A stretch of 64,000 bases of DNA from Octopus sinensis (GCF_006345805.1 NC_043009.1:52204001-52268000), one strand, 5' to 3'. Shown: positions 42,575 through 57,061, counted from the stretch's first letter. Notes: generated by a model not told the origin, from the letters alone. Program-made: numbers and translations.

Positions 42575-42815
42575 TCAACCCCCTAACAGAAACCAGCCAC
42601 GAAGTTTACGCACACATAGGTAAACACACGCACAAATTTTATCCGTTGAACATTAAACTCAAGACAAAGATTATGTGACACAAAAATCGAATGCGAAATA
42701 ATCTGTTAATGTTATTAAATGTTACTATTGGTTGGAGAAAGTTTTCTAGATGTCTATATTTTTGCCTAGATGGATATTCATATAAATGTGTGTGTTTATG
42801 TGTGTGTGCATATAT

Positions 42816-42847
<32 letters not shown>

Positions 42848-42893
42848 TGGAGAAAGCGTGATAGGTATAGATAGCCATATATAAATATGCATA

Positions 42894-42930
<37 letters not shown>

Positions 42931-42951
42931 ATATATTATATATATAAATCA

Positions 42952-42988
<37 letters not shown>

Positions 42989-43059
42989 GATATATGTGTG
43001 TATATGTATATGCGTGTTTGGATGATGTTTGTGTTGTTTGTTCTGTTTGTGCGTTTATT

Positions 43060-43097
<38 letters not shown>

Positions 43098-43664
43098 TGG
43101 GTGGGTGGCTGATGGCGCTGTATTGCTGATAACATTAAGTGGTCAGACAGGAAATATACTGGAATACGGAAATGTATATGTGTTTTACTACTACTACAAA
43201 TCATAATAATAAGTATAGCAACAGCAGAAGCAATGATGATGATGACGACGATGACGATGGCGACGACGGCGATGATGATGACGACGATGACGACGACGAC
43301 GACGACGATGATGATGATGATGATGATGACCATGTTGTTGGTGATGGTAACAAACAATTATTTCTATCTTTGATATCATTTTAATAAGGCGGGGAATCGT
43401 TAGTCTCCTACAATGTGATACACTTTGTTCGGATCTTTTTGTTGTTACAAGTCCTGCAGACAGCTGTTTTATCCATCTACTCACATTAAAAATAGCTACC
43501 AGATTTGTACAGTGGTGTAAGGTTTGAACTTCCATTGGCACCCTCCACATTGTTGGCCTTGCGACAAAATTAGATACTGTTATATACAAAAGTACTATTG
43601 AGGCTGATGGTCTCAACTAACTACTTCTGCCTAAATTGCAACGCATTATTGTCATCATTTTTAT

Positions 43665-44548
43665 GACAGCGGTGAGCTGTCAGAAACGTTAGCGCGCCGG
43701 GGGAAATGCTTAGCGGTATTTCGTCTGCCGCTACGTTCTGAGTTCAAATTCCACCGAGGTCTACTTTGCAAAGAAATAGGTATTTTTTTACGTCCTCAGT
43801 TCAAATTCCGCCAAAGCCGACTTTGCGTTTCATCCTTTCGGGGTCGATAAATTAAGTACCAGTTCATGCTGGGATTGATCTAATCGACTGCCCCCTATCC
43901 CCCAAAATATCTGGCCTTGTACCTAGAGTAGAAAAAAAAATCGTAATACGTCGGACGTAATACTTATCGATATTTCGTCTCTTTAACGTTCTGAGTTCAA
44001 ATTCCACCGAGGCCGACTTTGCCTTTCATCCTTTCGGGGTCGATAAATTAAGTAGCAGTTGAGTACTGCAGTCGTTCCAATCCACTGCCCTTCTCCCTTG
44101 TGTCTTTAGTAGAAAGGTTTATTATCAGCATTATCATGCGAGGCGGTAAAGTGGTGGAATCGTTAGTAATATGCTAAATTGCTCTGCAACATTTCGTCCA
44201 TCTTTATGTTGTGAGCTGAAGTTCCGCCAGGGTCAACTTTGACTTTCATCATTACGGGGTCAGGAAAACAAGCACAAATTGAACACTGCTGTCAACATAA
44301 TTGCCTATCCCCGAAATTGCTTGTCCCAAATTTGAAACCCCTGATTTTAAAATAGGTATTTCATATGTTTTTTCGTTCTCAGTTCAAATTCCACCAAAGT
44401 CGACTTTGCGTTTCATCCTTTCGGTTTCGATAAATTAAGTACCAATTGCATGCTGGCGTTGATCTAATCGACTGCCCCCTATCCCCAAAAATATCGGGCC
44501 TTGTTCCTAGAGTAGAGAAAATATATGTAGCACGCGTAGCGTAACTAC

Positions 44549-44605
<57 letters not shown>

Positions 44606-45565
44606 CATTATTATTATTATTATTACTATTATTATTATTGTTGTTGTTGTTGTTGTTGTTGTTGTGTTATTCTTATTATTATTATTAAGGCGTCGAGCGG
44701 GCAGAATCGTTAGCATGTCCGGCAAAATGCATAGTAGCATTTCGTCCCTCTTTGCGTTCTGAGTTCAAATTCTGCCGAGGTTGGCTTTGACTTTCATACT
44801 TTCGGGGTCGATGAAATAAGTACTAGTTGAGCACTGGGGTCCATCTTATTGACTATTCCTTTGCCCTAAAATTTTAGGCTTTTAGTGGAAATGATCATTA
44901 TCATTATTGAGGCGGTGAGACGACGGAATCGTTAGCACACCCGGGGAAAATACTTAGCGACATTTTATTTAACCACTGAGCGCGAGTTCTTGAAATTTAT
45001 GGTTACTAAATTTGAGCATTTTTTTCAGAAACGCAATTAGTAACGTGAATAAAACGGGATATTATTTTTAGAATACATACTGATATAATAAACCACAAAT
45101 ATAGCAGGCAGGACACAACATGAATCATCATTTCCAGAAATGCTCATGAGAAAGTTTGGAGCAACCAATATTCTTTTCTACTCTAGGCACAAAGCCCGAA
45201 ATTTTGGGGAAGGGGGCCAGTTGAACAGAACGACCCCAGTGTGACAGTGGTACTTAATGTATCGACCCCAAACGAATGAAAGGTAAAGTTGACCTCGGCG
45301 GAATTTGAACTCAGAACGTAAAGACAGACGAAATACGTATTTCTTTACTACCCACAAGGGGCTAAACACAGAAAGGACAAACAAGAACAGACAAAGGTAT
45401 TAAGTCGATTATATCGACCCCAGTGCGTAACTGGTACTTATTTAATCGAACCCGAAAGTATGAAAGGCAAAGTCGACCTTGGCGGAATTTGGACTCAGAA
45501 CATAGCGGCAGACGAAATACCGCTAGGCATTTCGCCCGGCGTGCTAATGATTCTGCCAGCTCACC
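43665..45565. mobile_element. Cluster of about 8 SINE family A units (plus strand 43665-44970, minus strand 45180-45565)
   Basis: Repeated gagttcaaattcc.cc.aggtcgactttg.ctttcatcctttcggggtcgataa blocks at about 43740, 43800, 43995, 44215, 44380 and 44760 (+), and reverse complements at about 45300 and 45490. Confidence 0.9.
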
Positions 45566-45838
45566 GCTTCGAAGCAACCAGTATTACACAGCAAAATCAT
45601 CTGGATGTGTGGAGAAATAAAACATGGCACTTCCTTAGAAAATTCCTAATGTTCCAAGTCTTATATTCATGGTCCCTGTTACACTAAATATACATAGAAT
45701 CTTTGTCGTACACGCATAGGTACTATTTCTTCTAATTTATTTCACGGCTTCACGTCTCCCCTACAAATTCCAGGAGGTTTATATCACTTTTGACAAGGAG
45801 TCTCACTTCGATTTTCACGGCTACAGACACACTTACAG

Positions 45839-45888
<50 letters not shown>

Positions 45889-46034
45889 TACGGTAATAAA
45901 CCTCAATTACGGGATGATAAATCCAATGAAAATAATGGTTAATTACCAATCTATAGACAGTTCAACTATGTCCTTGCATAGCAAGTGACTTGTTCTGTGA
46001 TCGTGTACTGAAACGAAAACAACTGCAATTATAT

Positions 46035-46072
<38 letters not shown>

Positions 46073-46408
46073 CAAGAGTGAGGGAGAGATAGATATATAG
46101 ATAGATAGACTGTTGTGTCTAGGGAGAGCCACTAAGTTAATATCAATAACATACGCACTGGTTCAATTCTACTTATTTATCCTAGTATTTATCCTAGTTA
46201 CATATTTATCCTAGTAACTAATTTGTGGGTTAAAAGCAATTGTTTCGCTTTTTATTCGTCAAATCTCGTCCATTGGCATTTGCAACATTTTCAGTCGCTT
46301 CTCAGTCCGTTACGGGGTCCGCATTTGTCTGTCTGAGACTTCGTTGCTTGAATGTGGATAGAATTTGGTAGGTGAATAAACATATATACAGATATATGTA
46401 TACATATA

Positions 46409-46448
<40 letters not shown>

Positions 46449-46534
46449 TATATTATAGTGTTGTGTGGGTGTGTGTGTTTGTGTTGTGTGTGTGTGTGTG
46501 TATAATATATGCATATATATTATATAATGTTTAT

Positions 46535-46799
46535 TCACCGGTTTCTGTGGCGTATGTGTTCCCCCACCACAGCTGGACGGGACGCCAGTCCATCGCAGCG
46601 TTACTCAAGAAACAGGAAGAAAGAGTGAGAAAAAGTTGGGGCGAAAGAGTACAACAGGTGTCGTCACCATATCGTGCCGGATCCTCGTGGAGCTTTAGGT
46701 GTTTCCGCTGAATAAACACACGCAATGGCCGGTCTGGGAATCGAAACCGCGAACCACCGACCGCAAATCCGCTGCCCTAACCTACGGGCCATTGTTCCT

Positions 46800-46803
<4 letters not shown>
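46535..46803 (-). mobile_element. SINE with family C head and a different 3' tail
   Basis: The head and body match 28087-27890, then diverge into gatggactggcgtcccgtccag...acgccacagaaaccgg. Confidence 0.8.
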
Positions 46804-46877
<74 letters not shown>

Positions 46878-47602
46878 ACAGAAGACAGAGAAACGTAGTA
46901 AATTACAATAATGTAAAGCACACTAACTTACATTAAGCATATCAGTGCCAGCGTAAGAGAAGCATCTAATATTTATGGTGTATGTTTTGATATTTTACTT
47001 ATTAACATCCTCTATTTCCTATTATTCATTATTTCAACAAGCAGCATAAATAACGTTACACAGCTAACTACATTACACCTTTTTCAAACGCTTATCTTCC
47101 ACTTAAAAACCACATGACAATATGTGTGTCTCTGGTTACTGCACCAGCAATCTCAAATTAGTATTCCCATGTGGCAAGATCAAGAACATAGAATTAATTT
47201 CCCTGAAGCTAGCGTAGAACCTGTAAACTTTATCCTAGAAAATGTTTCTGTTTTTAGTGCAAAACATGGTATTGAATTTTTTTTTCAGTTTGGCACAAGA
47301 TCATAAATTTATGAGATGGGTGAAAACAGAATTCGAGGTTATGTGAGCTCCATATATTCCATACTGGTGCACAGTATTTCCTTGAGTAACGGGAATAAAA
47401 TGTGCAACTATATTGCTTCACCATTCGAGATTTATCTTGATATCTATTATAATTAATTGGAATGCGTAGCTTCCTTTTATTTCCGGATTGCTATACATAC
47501 AAAACACACGAACATATATACATACGCTCATATATATATATAGTCAGATAAGTATATAGACAGATAAATAGATGAATGTCGATATACGCACACATATATA
47601 AA

Positions 47603-47642
<40 letters not shown>

Positions 47643-47750
47643 TATATATATATATATATATATATATACGATTGCAGCGTGGAGGTTGTTTGTAAGCCAT
47701 TTAAGAAACACACAAAAGCCGTTCGATTCACTTTAACATTTAAGTTTAAT

Positions 47751-47798
47751 TTGTCAAAATATTTTCGTCGCTAAAATCCGCGACCTGTTCACTGACAA
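47751..47798 (-). ncRNA. Minimal type I hammerhead-like motif, G3-C8 core variant, within a 62-bp tandem repeat
   Basis: UUGUCA-GUGAACA-G-GUCGC(GGAUUUUA)GCGAC-GAA-AAUAUU-U-UGACAA: 6-bp stem I, 5-bp stem II and palindromic stem III. A second copy lies at 47813-47856 with a damaged 5' side. Confidence 0.65.
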
Positions 47799-48243
47799 CA
47801 TTTAAGTTTAATTTGTCAAAATATTTTCGTCGCTAAAATCCGCGACCTGTTCATTGCTCGCCGCATTCGCTGCGAGATAACGTTCGGGGACGATGCTCCT
47901 GTTTTACGGTGGTTGTTGAAACACCTGACAGTTTTAGACAGGCGAGACAACTCGTCTTCGATCGCTTTGAGGTGTGTTGGATACTTCTCCAGTTTTGTAG
48001 CTAAACAACGTACGGTGCCTGAATCTAGTCACCAGTCTATGACTATATAAATAATGTAAGAACTATCTGCTGATGTGCCATGGCGGTGTGGATGTAAGAT
48101 CACCTTGAATAACGAGGTAAAAGTGTGTGAGTTCGATATGTTGTTTCACACCACAAGATAGTGTGAAGTGGCTCTGAATTGTACAGCACTCGAAAGATAA
48201 GATCATACATGAGGAAAAATGGTATGATTTCGACAATCATACT

Positions 48244-48457
48244 AAGGCGGCGAGTTTGTAGAAACGTTAACTCGCCGGGTGAAATGCTAGCGATATTTCG
48301 TCTGCCGCTACGTTCTGAGTTCAAATTCCGCCAAGGTCGACTTTGCCTTTCGTCCTTTCGGGGTCGATTAAATAAGTACCAGTTAGGCACTGGGGTCGAT
48401 ATAATCGACTTAATCCGTTAGTCTGTGGTTAGCCCCTTGTGGGTAGTAAAGAAATAG
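48244..48457 (+). mobile_element. SINE family A with 14-18-bp TSD
   Basis: ggt(a/g)tgatttcgacaatc at 48221-48238 and 48457-48474. Confidence 0.9.
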
Positions 48458-48474
48458 GTGTGATTTCGACAATC

Positions 48475-49000
48475 TAAGGTCAGGGGTTGTGTAAATATAT
48501 GCTCGCATCCGTTGTAGCATGCTATATTCGCAGCGATGTCATTTATGTAGGAGAAACTTATCTGAACGTTGTAGTTGTCGAAAAGCTTATAGTACTCAAA
48601 CCCTGGGGCAAATGCCTCTTGAATGATGAGACAAATCTCCGAGAAATGTTGGATTTTAACTTCTAGGTTAAATGGAGCTCTGAACTAGATTATCTGTTAC
48701 ACTCTGTTTCTCTTTCTTCTGCGAATCCAGTCCTCGCTAACGACTCGTTGTAATTGGTGTTTCACTATTCAAGATCTCTCTCGACGTTGTTAACTTTTGC
48801 CTGGTTCCAATTTGCCGTAGGAGACGGTATGAGTTTTGGTTGATATGTGCAGTGTTATCATTTGACTTCCTGATCTAGGCTTACGTTCTGGAAGTCGACT
48901 TTCGTTACGTTAATGGTATGTCCTGAACCAAGACCGAATTCTTTGAAGAACGTCGCTTTCATACTTTGAATTCCTATTCATATAGCTAGCAACTTCGAGA
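48475..49000 (-). mobile_element. Decayed PLE RT/thumb fragment of a different family from the 11.5-15 kb element
   Basis: FFKEFGL...TINVTKVDFQNVSLD, NYNESLARTGF, and APFNLEVK...FAPGFEYYKLFDNYNVQISFSYINDIAANIACYN. These resemble the VDFLDVTLD / YxEALxxSGF / NPPFS...KIFNRNxVKISYS pattern of PLE proteins (recalled, not searched). Confidence 0.6.
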
Positions 49001-49164
49001 GAGTCTCCTCTATACAATGCCGAACTATGGGGAGTGGATTAGCTTCCAATGATAATTCTAGATAAACAATCCGATGAGATTATTGAAATCAGTACCGTTA
49101 TACGTCAAACATTAGTTCGACTGCTTTCATAACCCAGTAGAAAACATGTTCGAACAAGATTAGC

Positions 49165-49249
<85 letters not shown>

Positions 49250-49306
49250 GCACACACATGCATAAATACACAAGAGCATGTATATAAACGCAAGCGATTT
49301 CATTCT

Positions 49307-49339
<33 letters not shown>

Positions 49340-49393
49340 CATATAGATCCATCCATATGTATATATATATATATGTATGCATATATATATATG

Positions 49394-49460
<67 letters not shown>

Positions 49461-50001
49461 GCATTTGTATATATTCTGTATATATGTGCAAATATGTATA
49501 TATATATATATAATATATATATATATATATTGGTATACATAAATATATCATATATAAATTATATCTTCGTGTTCAGGTGTAGGCAGGTGCGTGAGAGAAG
49601 TTTATATATTAGCTTTCAAAATCGGTGTTTCATTGATATTCGAGGAGTGAAGAGACTGCTCGATAAATGATCTCTATAATGAGAAGGAAGAAATATGAAA
49701 ATTTTCCAGAATATTTGATATAAAAAAATATATCAAATATAGGCTATTATTTAACTGTCAGTATATCAAGGCTATAATGCAACTGGTTACAATTTACTTG
49801 TCATATAATGTCAGAGTATATTTTCTGTCATTAAAAACATATATGCGTGCGTGGATCTGTGTTTAAAATGTGTCTGTTTAAAAGGATTACACTGAGAATG
49901 GGGTTGTGATTGTTGAAAAACACATTCCCAAACGCATATTTCCCTACGTCTATAGACATATACGCATACATATATACATATATAAATGTGTGTATATATA
50001 T

Positions 50002-50035
<34 letters not shown>

Positions 50036-50071
50036 GATATAGATAGATAGATGATAGATAGATAGATAGAT

Positions 50072-50113
<42 letters not shown>

Positions 50114-50244
50114 GTGTAATGTGTGTGTGAATTTGCATAATTATGCTCATTTATTACCCACACACAGACCCACACAAAAATATATTACTATATATATATA
50201 TATAAAGTGTTTATGCATGCGTGTATATATATATACATATGTGC

Positions 50245-50340
50245 GTGTGATGGGCTTCTTACAGTTTCCATCTACAAACTCCATTCACAAGCTTTTGTAA
50301 CACTAGGTATACATTGGAAGAAACGCTCCCAAAGTAGTAC
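50245..50340 (-). mobile_element. Degenerate SINE family B fragment
   Basis: gggcttcttacagtttccatctacaaactccattcacaagc resembles ggcttctttcagtttccgtctaccaaatccactcacaaggc in the other copies. Confidence 0.5.
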
Positions 50341-50653
50341 GGTGTTGCGCCTGCGCTGATATGCGCATTTATATATATGTGCATCGTCTTATGTGCATAT
50401 GTACGTACGTAAATGCATGTACGTTCACATGCGAACACTTATACGCACGCGTGTGTGTGTACTTAATTAATTGTAGGTCAACCAGTGTTTACATTCAAAA
50501 TATTTAAAAAGGTAGCACATTCAAATTGCTCATATAATGTAGCGATGCATGGAAATGATAAAATATCTATCCAAATCCTATATAATTATGATGATATCAC
50601 GTGCGTTTGCTTGCAGCATATCAATCATATTTGCATTTTCCAGAAATATCTCC

Positions 50654-50767
<114 letters not shown>

Positions 50768-51767
50768 ATATCTATATATCTAGCTCTCTAGCTATTTAAT
50801 TATGTATGTATCTGTATATCTACTCATCCATCTATCCTGCTATCCATCCATTCATCCAACTATCTATATATCCATCTATTTATCTGTCTATCTATCAAAC
50901 AACATATCATACATGCACACTCGCACATATATATATATATAAGAATATGTATATATGTATATATGTGTAGTATATGCACGTATGCATATGCATGGAAATG
51001 CATGTGTGTATTACATCTTCCGTAATTTTTTCTATCATTCATTCACTCTAGATATGGAGACAATCACACATATTTCCATTTGGTCGCAAATATTCAGAAA
51101 GTTGCATGGACAGCCATAGAAGCATGTTTATGAATATCCATACAGAAACATGCATGAAAATGCGCTTAATACCCCATCATTTGTGCATAAACAGATACTA
51201 TGTATGCCCAGTTAGATATTTTTACATGTCAGTGTAGAATCCTGCAAATATGCCCTGTTTCTCAGTCACATAAAAATTCTAAGTTGGGATCTAACTTTCA
51301 CTTTCACTTTAGCCTCAGATAAATATAAATAAAAAATATAGACATTGCAAATCATAGAATTATTCAATTTTAGCTCAATTCCTTTTAATAAAGCATGTAG
51401 AAAGATTCATAACTACATACACATTTGCATGTGGGTACGTGTACGTGTGTGTATGTGTGTGTATGTGTGTGCGAGCGCGTGTTTGTGTGCGTGTGTGAGC
51501 ATGTGTGTGTTTTATATATACATGTATACCCACATATATATGTGTATGTGTGTGTGTGTGTGTGTGTATGTATATGTGTATGGGTGAGTGTTTGTGTGCA
51601 TAATTGTATTTGATTCTCTTTCCTCTTATTCGTATCATTATTATTATTATCATTACTGTAAGACTACCAAAATAAATCAGACGCTCGGAGAATCAGGTTA
51701 TGCTGGTGTGTCTGTATATACATACATTCATACATATATGTATATATATCAATCTCTCTCTCTCTCT

Positions 51768-51821
<54 letters not shown>

Positions 51822-51893
51822 TATATATATATATGAATATATATAAATTCTTATATACATATATGCATATATGTGTGTGTCTGTGTGTCATAT

Positions 51894-51935
<42 letters not shown>

Positions 51936-52680
51936 TTTGTGTATGGGAATATATATATATATATTTATATACACACACATATATACATGTGTATGTGTGT
52001 GCATGTGTGTGTATGTATACAGGAACGTGCAGTAAAAGAGAAAGTGAGCTACCAAATGGATCATTTGGCATTCTTAATGCACATACTCACGCATAAACAC
52101 CCCTTATACACGAGCTCGCGCGCACACACGCATACACACAAAGTCACTTGACAAGTGTTGCTGTCATGAAATGAATGATAATCATTATTCGTGCATCATA
52201 GACCCTGCAGCACTGATTCCAAAACTATATACACCTCTGACATTTGATGACGTATTAAAGATCATTTTCTTTCCACCTACTGCCATATTTGACAGCTTAA
52301 CGATTTTTGACAACGTCTTCGCTCTTTGTTAAATATTTTGAAAAAAAAAAAAAAAAAGAGAAGAAATCACTTGCAATCCATTGAAATGATATCCCTTGAT
52401 TCAAAGCTCCACGCCCTGCATTCTCCTCACCGTAGGAATATAAAAAAAAACGAATAAACATAGTAATATATCAAAGCTGTTGAAATTTAAATGATTGATA
52501 TAATATATATTTATATACATATTGAGTTGGCAAATATCTGATATTCATCATCTATGTGTCTGTGTATGTGATGTTGTGTACATGTAAATATATAAACATA
52601 TGCACATGCATTTGTGCACATGCGTATATAAATGTATATTATTATCATTATTATTATTATTATTATCATTATTATTATTA

Positions 52681-52735
<55 letters not shown>

Positions 52736-52764
52736 CATCATCATTATTATTGTTGTTATTATTA

Positions 52765-53006
52765 GTTGTGTCGAGCTGCCAGGATCGTTAAGCACCCCGG
52801 GCGAAATGCTTTGCGGCAATTCATCCGTTTTTACTTTAAGGCGGCGAGTTGACAGAATCGTTAGCACGTCGGGAAATATGTTTAAGCGGCATTCCGTCCA
52901 TCCTTACGTTCCCAGTTCAAATTCCGCCGAGGTCGATTTTGTCTTCGATCCTTTCGGGGGTCAGTAGATTAAGTACCCGTGAAACACTGGGGTCGATATA
53001 ATCGAT
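52765..53006 (+). mobile_element. SINE family A, partial head followed by a full unit
   Basis: gagctgccaggatcgttaagcacc..., then aaggcggcgagttgacagaatcgttagcacg...agttcaaattccgccgaggtcg. Confidence 0.8.
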
Positions 53007-53015
53007 TACTGTACA

Positions 53016-53070
<55 letters not shown>

Positions 53071-53107
53071 GTTGTTGTTGTTGTTGTTATTATTATTATT
53101 ATTATTT

Positions 53108-54330
53108 CTCATTTTTTAGTAGGTGTTGACAGATACATTAAGGTCGTTTGGGGCAGTCGTATCAATAAGGAGGCATGATTTTTTCGGATGTTTTTAAATA
53201 TAATCTCTGGCCTCTTCGCATCTACCTTTCTGTCTGTTTGAACGGTGAAGTGAGATGTGATTATATTCAAGCACTGAAAGTGTCTTGTGTTACCACCAGT
53301 TTTTATCATGGGTCAGGTACAGGTTTTTGCAAATTACCCAGGGAATATACTGTGCTACTCTATAATGCCTGTTGAGATGAAATACTCTGTAGGCGCGATC
53401 TTGGGTTGCTATTATAAACCCTTCTGTTTCTGATTTGAAGCCAGAAGATACGAACCGTTGTTGGGTAACGGCTTTGTCAACATCGACGTTATTAGCTCTC
53501 TTTGGGTATTTGTCATTCAGAGTTTTTTCTTGCCATGACTAGCGTATTGGTCGCTTCGCATTGCCCTTACCCTGTGATAACATCCTCTCCTGATCCTTTT
53601 CCTCATCATTGAATGTTTGATTCCATCACCTTCAATTACCCCTAGGTATTCGTGGCTCTCCGCTCGTTCTAACTCCTCTGTGACATCCTGCTGGTCACGA
53701 TTAATGTTCGATGTTTCTGTTATTTTTCCTTTAAAACTTTAGTTTTTTCATATTTATCGAGGCCAAATAGGATCCTGATGTCTTCACTAATTGTTCAACA
53801 ATTGTTAGTAAGCCCTATAGTTGTTGGACACTTTTTGCAAAAAGCTTTAAATTACCCATGCAAAAGAGATGAAACATTTAATAGCTATATTGTACATCGT
53901 CGAGCAATTTTGAGGTATTAAGGTTAGATAAAAGAGGAGTGGTGATATAGAGTCATTCTGGAAAAAGCAACATGAAATTATTACATCTCTAGCATTGAGA
54001 GATGGATTGTCACTATTCAAAGTCAGTGTGGTTCTCCATGACCTCATACTTACAGACAAGAAGTTTCGCAGAATTTTTAGGAGTGTCATGTTCATTCATA
54101 ACGGTTTCTTTAATTTTCAGCCTATTCAATCATGATTTGATTCTTTAGATCATCAAGTTTAGTTGAGTCCATTTGTGTTTAACCTTCTTCATCTATTTGA
54201 TTTTCATCTGCTTTGGTGTTTATAGTTGATTCTGAGAGTATTTCACCTTGCTAATATCTAGCCTCCACTTTTCCTACAGTTTCCAATCAATGCTTTCGCT
54301 ACGTGGTCGTTTCGTCACAACTTGTAGTAG
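53108..54330 (-). mobile_element. Decayed RLE-type LINE (RT to endonuclease, internally deleted)
   Basis: FFQNDSISPLLFYLTLIP (QGDSLSPLLF motif), YLGVIEGDGIKHSMMRKRIR, and TDRKVDAKRPEIIFKN (RPD motif). Confidence 0.75.
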
Positions 54331-55334
54331 TTTGAGGCATGTCTGGGACATTCGTTCGTGATATATTCTTACTGAATATAGCATTACTATTTTTTCCGCA
54401 GGTCGACAATACTAGTCCCAATTTCCAGTATTATTCAGCCTCTTAGTAAGCAGATTGGGTGTTATACCATGTCCGCCGTTTGTTATCCACTGGTTAGATC
54501 CTAAAACGTTATTATTATAAAGACGGTGAGGTAGCACTTGGAACGGGTGCAACTTGATGGAGTATACGGAAGTCATTGAGACCGCAGTGTTTAGCAAGGT
54601 GTAGCGGGTGAGTCTGAAGCCCGGATTGTCTGTTATGAATATATTATCATCATCAACTCCTGAATATTATTGTCTCCTGTCTTAATACGCACAAGGCAGG
54701 CTACCTGGTTTCCATGACGTATAAATAGAGATTAGAACAATGCACTTGAACGGAAGACCATCCTGTGACGATCGGGCTGAAGCAACGTGAAAGGAAGTAC
54801 TTGGCTCAAGAATAAAATGTGCCATTCACTCCTGGAATCGAAACAAAACCGCAACAATTCGTCCACCGAACAATGCAGTGTCATTAACTCATTTATTGTA
54901 CATAGATGTACAATAAGTTATCAATTATTGACAGCATTAACACCTTTGCACAATTCATAATTTTCAAACATTACTGAATGATGATATACCGACCACTGCG
55001 TCTTCCGCACTTTCAAACTATTTTTTACAGTTTTATCTATATAATTATCGCTTCACTTATTTGTCTCACTAACAGAACCTAAATTACTTTTTGATCAGTT
55101 TAACAGTCTGCAGCTGGGTTACTTAACGAAATTGTTTTATGGCCGTTTAGTATAATGGAGACGTATGTATTTGTGAGTCATTTTAATTTACATTCGATGT
55201 TGTTTTTCATTATTTTAATACTATATTCCGCCATGTTCCGCATCTGTGTTGAATATATTTCTGTGTATATTGGTGTTAATTGTTATTTTAAAGAATATAT
55301 TATACTACCGCGTAAATGGTTCTTTAGCTATTCG

Positions 55335-55418
55335 ATTACTTCCTGTAGTATTCTCGCCTTCTCTACTGAAACCAAAATTACTTCCTGTAGTATTCTTGCC
55401 TTCTCTACTGAAACCAAA
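55335..55418. repeat. 42-bp tandem duplication
   Basis: attacttcctgtagtattct(c/t)gccttctctactgaaaccaaa occurs twice, with one substitution. Confidence 0.9.
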
Positions 55419-57061
55419 ATCTTTATAGAAGGATTTATACTATTTTTTTCTACTTGGAAGGAAGTGGTACGTTAAACATCATACACGTTTTTTATTTATC
55501 GTAGGCTAAATTTTTGTCTATGTCGCCGTAATTTGAAAGAATTGAGGCAAGTTGCGAAGATATAGGGGGAATTATTATAGTTAAATCACAGGAAGAGATA
55601 GACTCCTCATGAAATTCTCTATGTCTTGAGAATAATGAAAGAAACTGCCCTTGAAATCAAAACATAGTTAGCAGTAATAATGTCCAACGTTTCAAGACAA
55701 CGAATTAGAAGACTTAACAAAATAATTTTCAAATTTATCCGACAATTGCTGATATAGAAAATTATATTTGATTTTAAATAGATAGATAGATAGGTATATA
55801 GATAGAGAGAGAGAGAGAGATAGACAGACAGATAAACACAAAGTAGTAGAAATTTATATATATAAATACAAACATGGTATATGTATGTATACATATGGAT
55901 ATACGTATGTACTACGTACGCATGTATATATGTGAATGTATGTACATATATAAATATGTGTTGAGTATATATATATATTATATATATATATATATACATA
56001 CTCATAAAATACAGTGTGCATTTAAACACATAAGGAATCCACTCATAGGATTCATCACGTTAGGAAGAACAGTTAAGTTCCAAATCCACAAAATTAGGGA
56101 TAAAATCCAGAAAGGAACGAACTGAAAAAATAAAAACTTTTACCATTTAGCTTCCTGGACCAGTTTAGCAAATAAAATAATTTTCGCTAGGTGAAATCGT
56201 CATCAACAGGTATACCTTAGATTTGATATATAAACACGAGGCAATCAACTATATGCCTCTTGTTTATACATCCTAATCTTTTTCAAAATCTACTGCGCAG
56301 GTGCAGCTCCTCGTCGGCAATAAAAAATGCCAACTTTTAAAATTCGAAACTTATCCAAAAACTTACAATACTTCATCATATCGAAGGGAAATGGAAATTA
56401 ATAGAAATTGTCACTTCCAGTGACCTAGCGTGTAAAAATTAGGATACACACACACACACATACACGCATGCGCAACCCCCCGCCCATATATATATGTGGA
56501 CAACATATGACGGTAGAGGATCCCGAAAACATAATAAATACACAGATAAATAAACAAATAGAAATAAATAACTATATTTTTTTTTTCGATTTATTATTAT
56601 TATTACTAGTATTGTTGTTATACATACATACATACATACATACATACAAGCATATGTAAGGATAATAATAAGTGGATGTAAACACATGAACAAAATAAGA
56701 ATAAACAAAAACAACAACAAAAATAAATTACATGGACGTATATAAACAGAAGATACAAATATTACAGGCATCCCCCCACACCACACACTAAATAAACATA
56801 GATGCACATAGAAATATAAGCATGCGCAAATAAAGACATACAATAGAAATACAAAACGGCTGACAGTTAGTAAGGAGAGACACAAAGAAGAAAGAAAACA
56901 AAGGACCACTGATGCGGTCACAGGAGTGTGACGAGAGAACTCTGGCCGAAATAAGATTAAGATTAATGTAAAAAATAAATAACACTGAAGCAAAGTAACA
57001 CCAAATATATACTGCATGTGTTTTTATTGGCTAAACTGGCAAAATGACCATTCCGAAATAT

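Noticed and set aside
46225-46270. Minus-strand UUGACGA...GCGAAACAAUUGC motif
   Set aside because: Stem II is absent and U16.1 is missing; too degenerate to call.
47735-47856. Short direct repeats as a possible CRISPR-like array
   Set aside because: Two adjacent units with no spacers, in a eukaryotic context with no cas genes.
56229-56268. 15-bp-arm hairpin
   Set aside because: AT-rich with one mismatch, and no Helitron CTRR end or other context.
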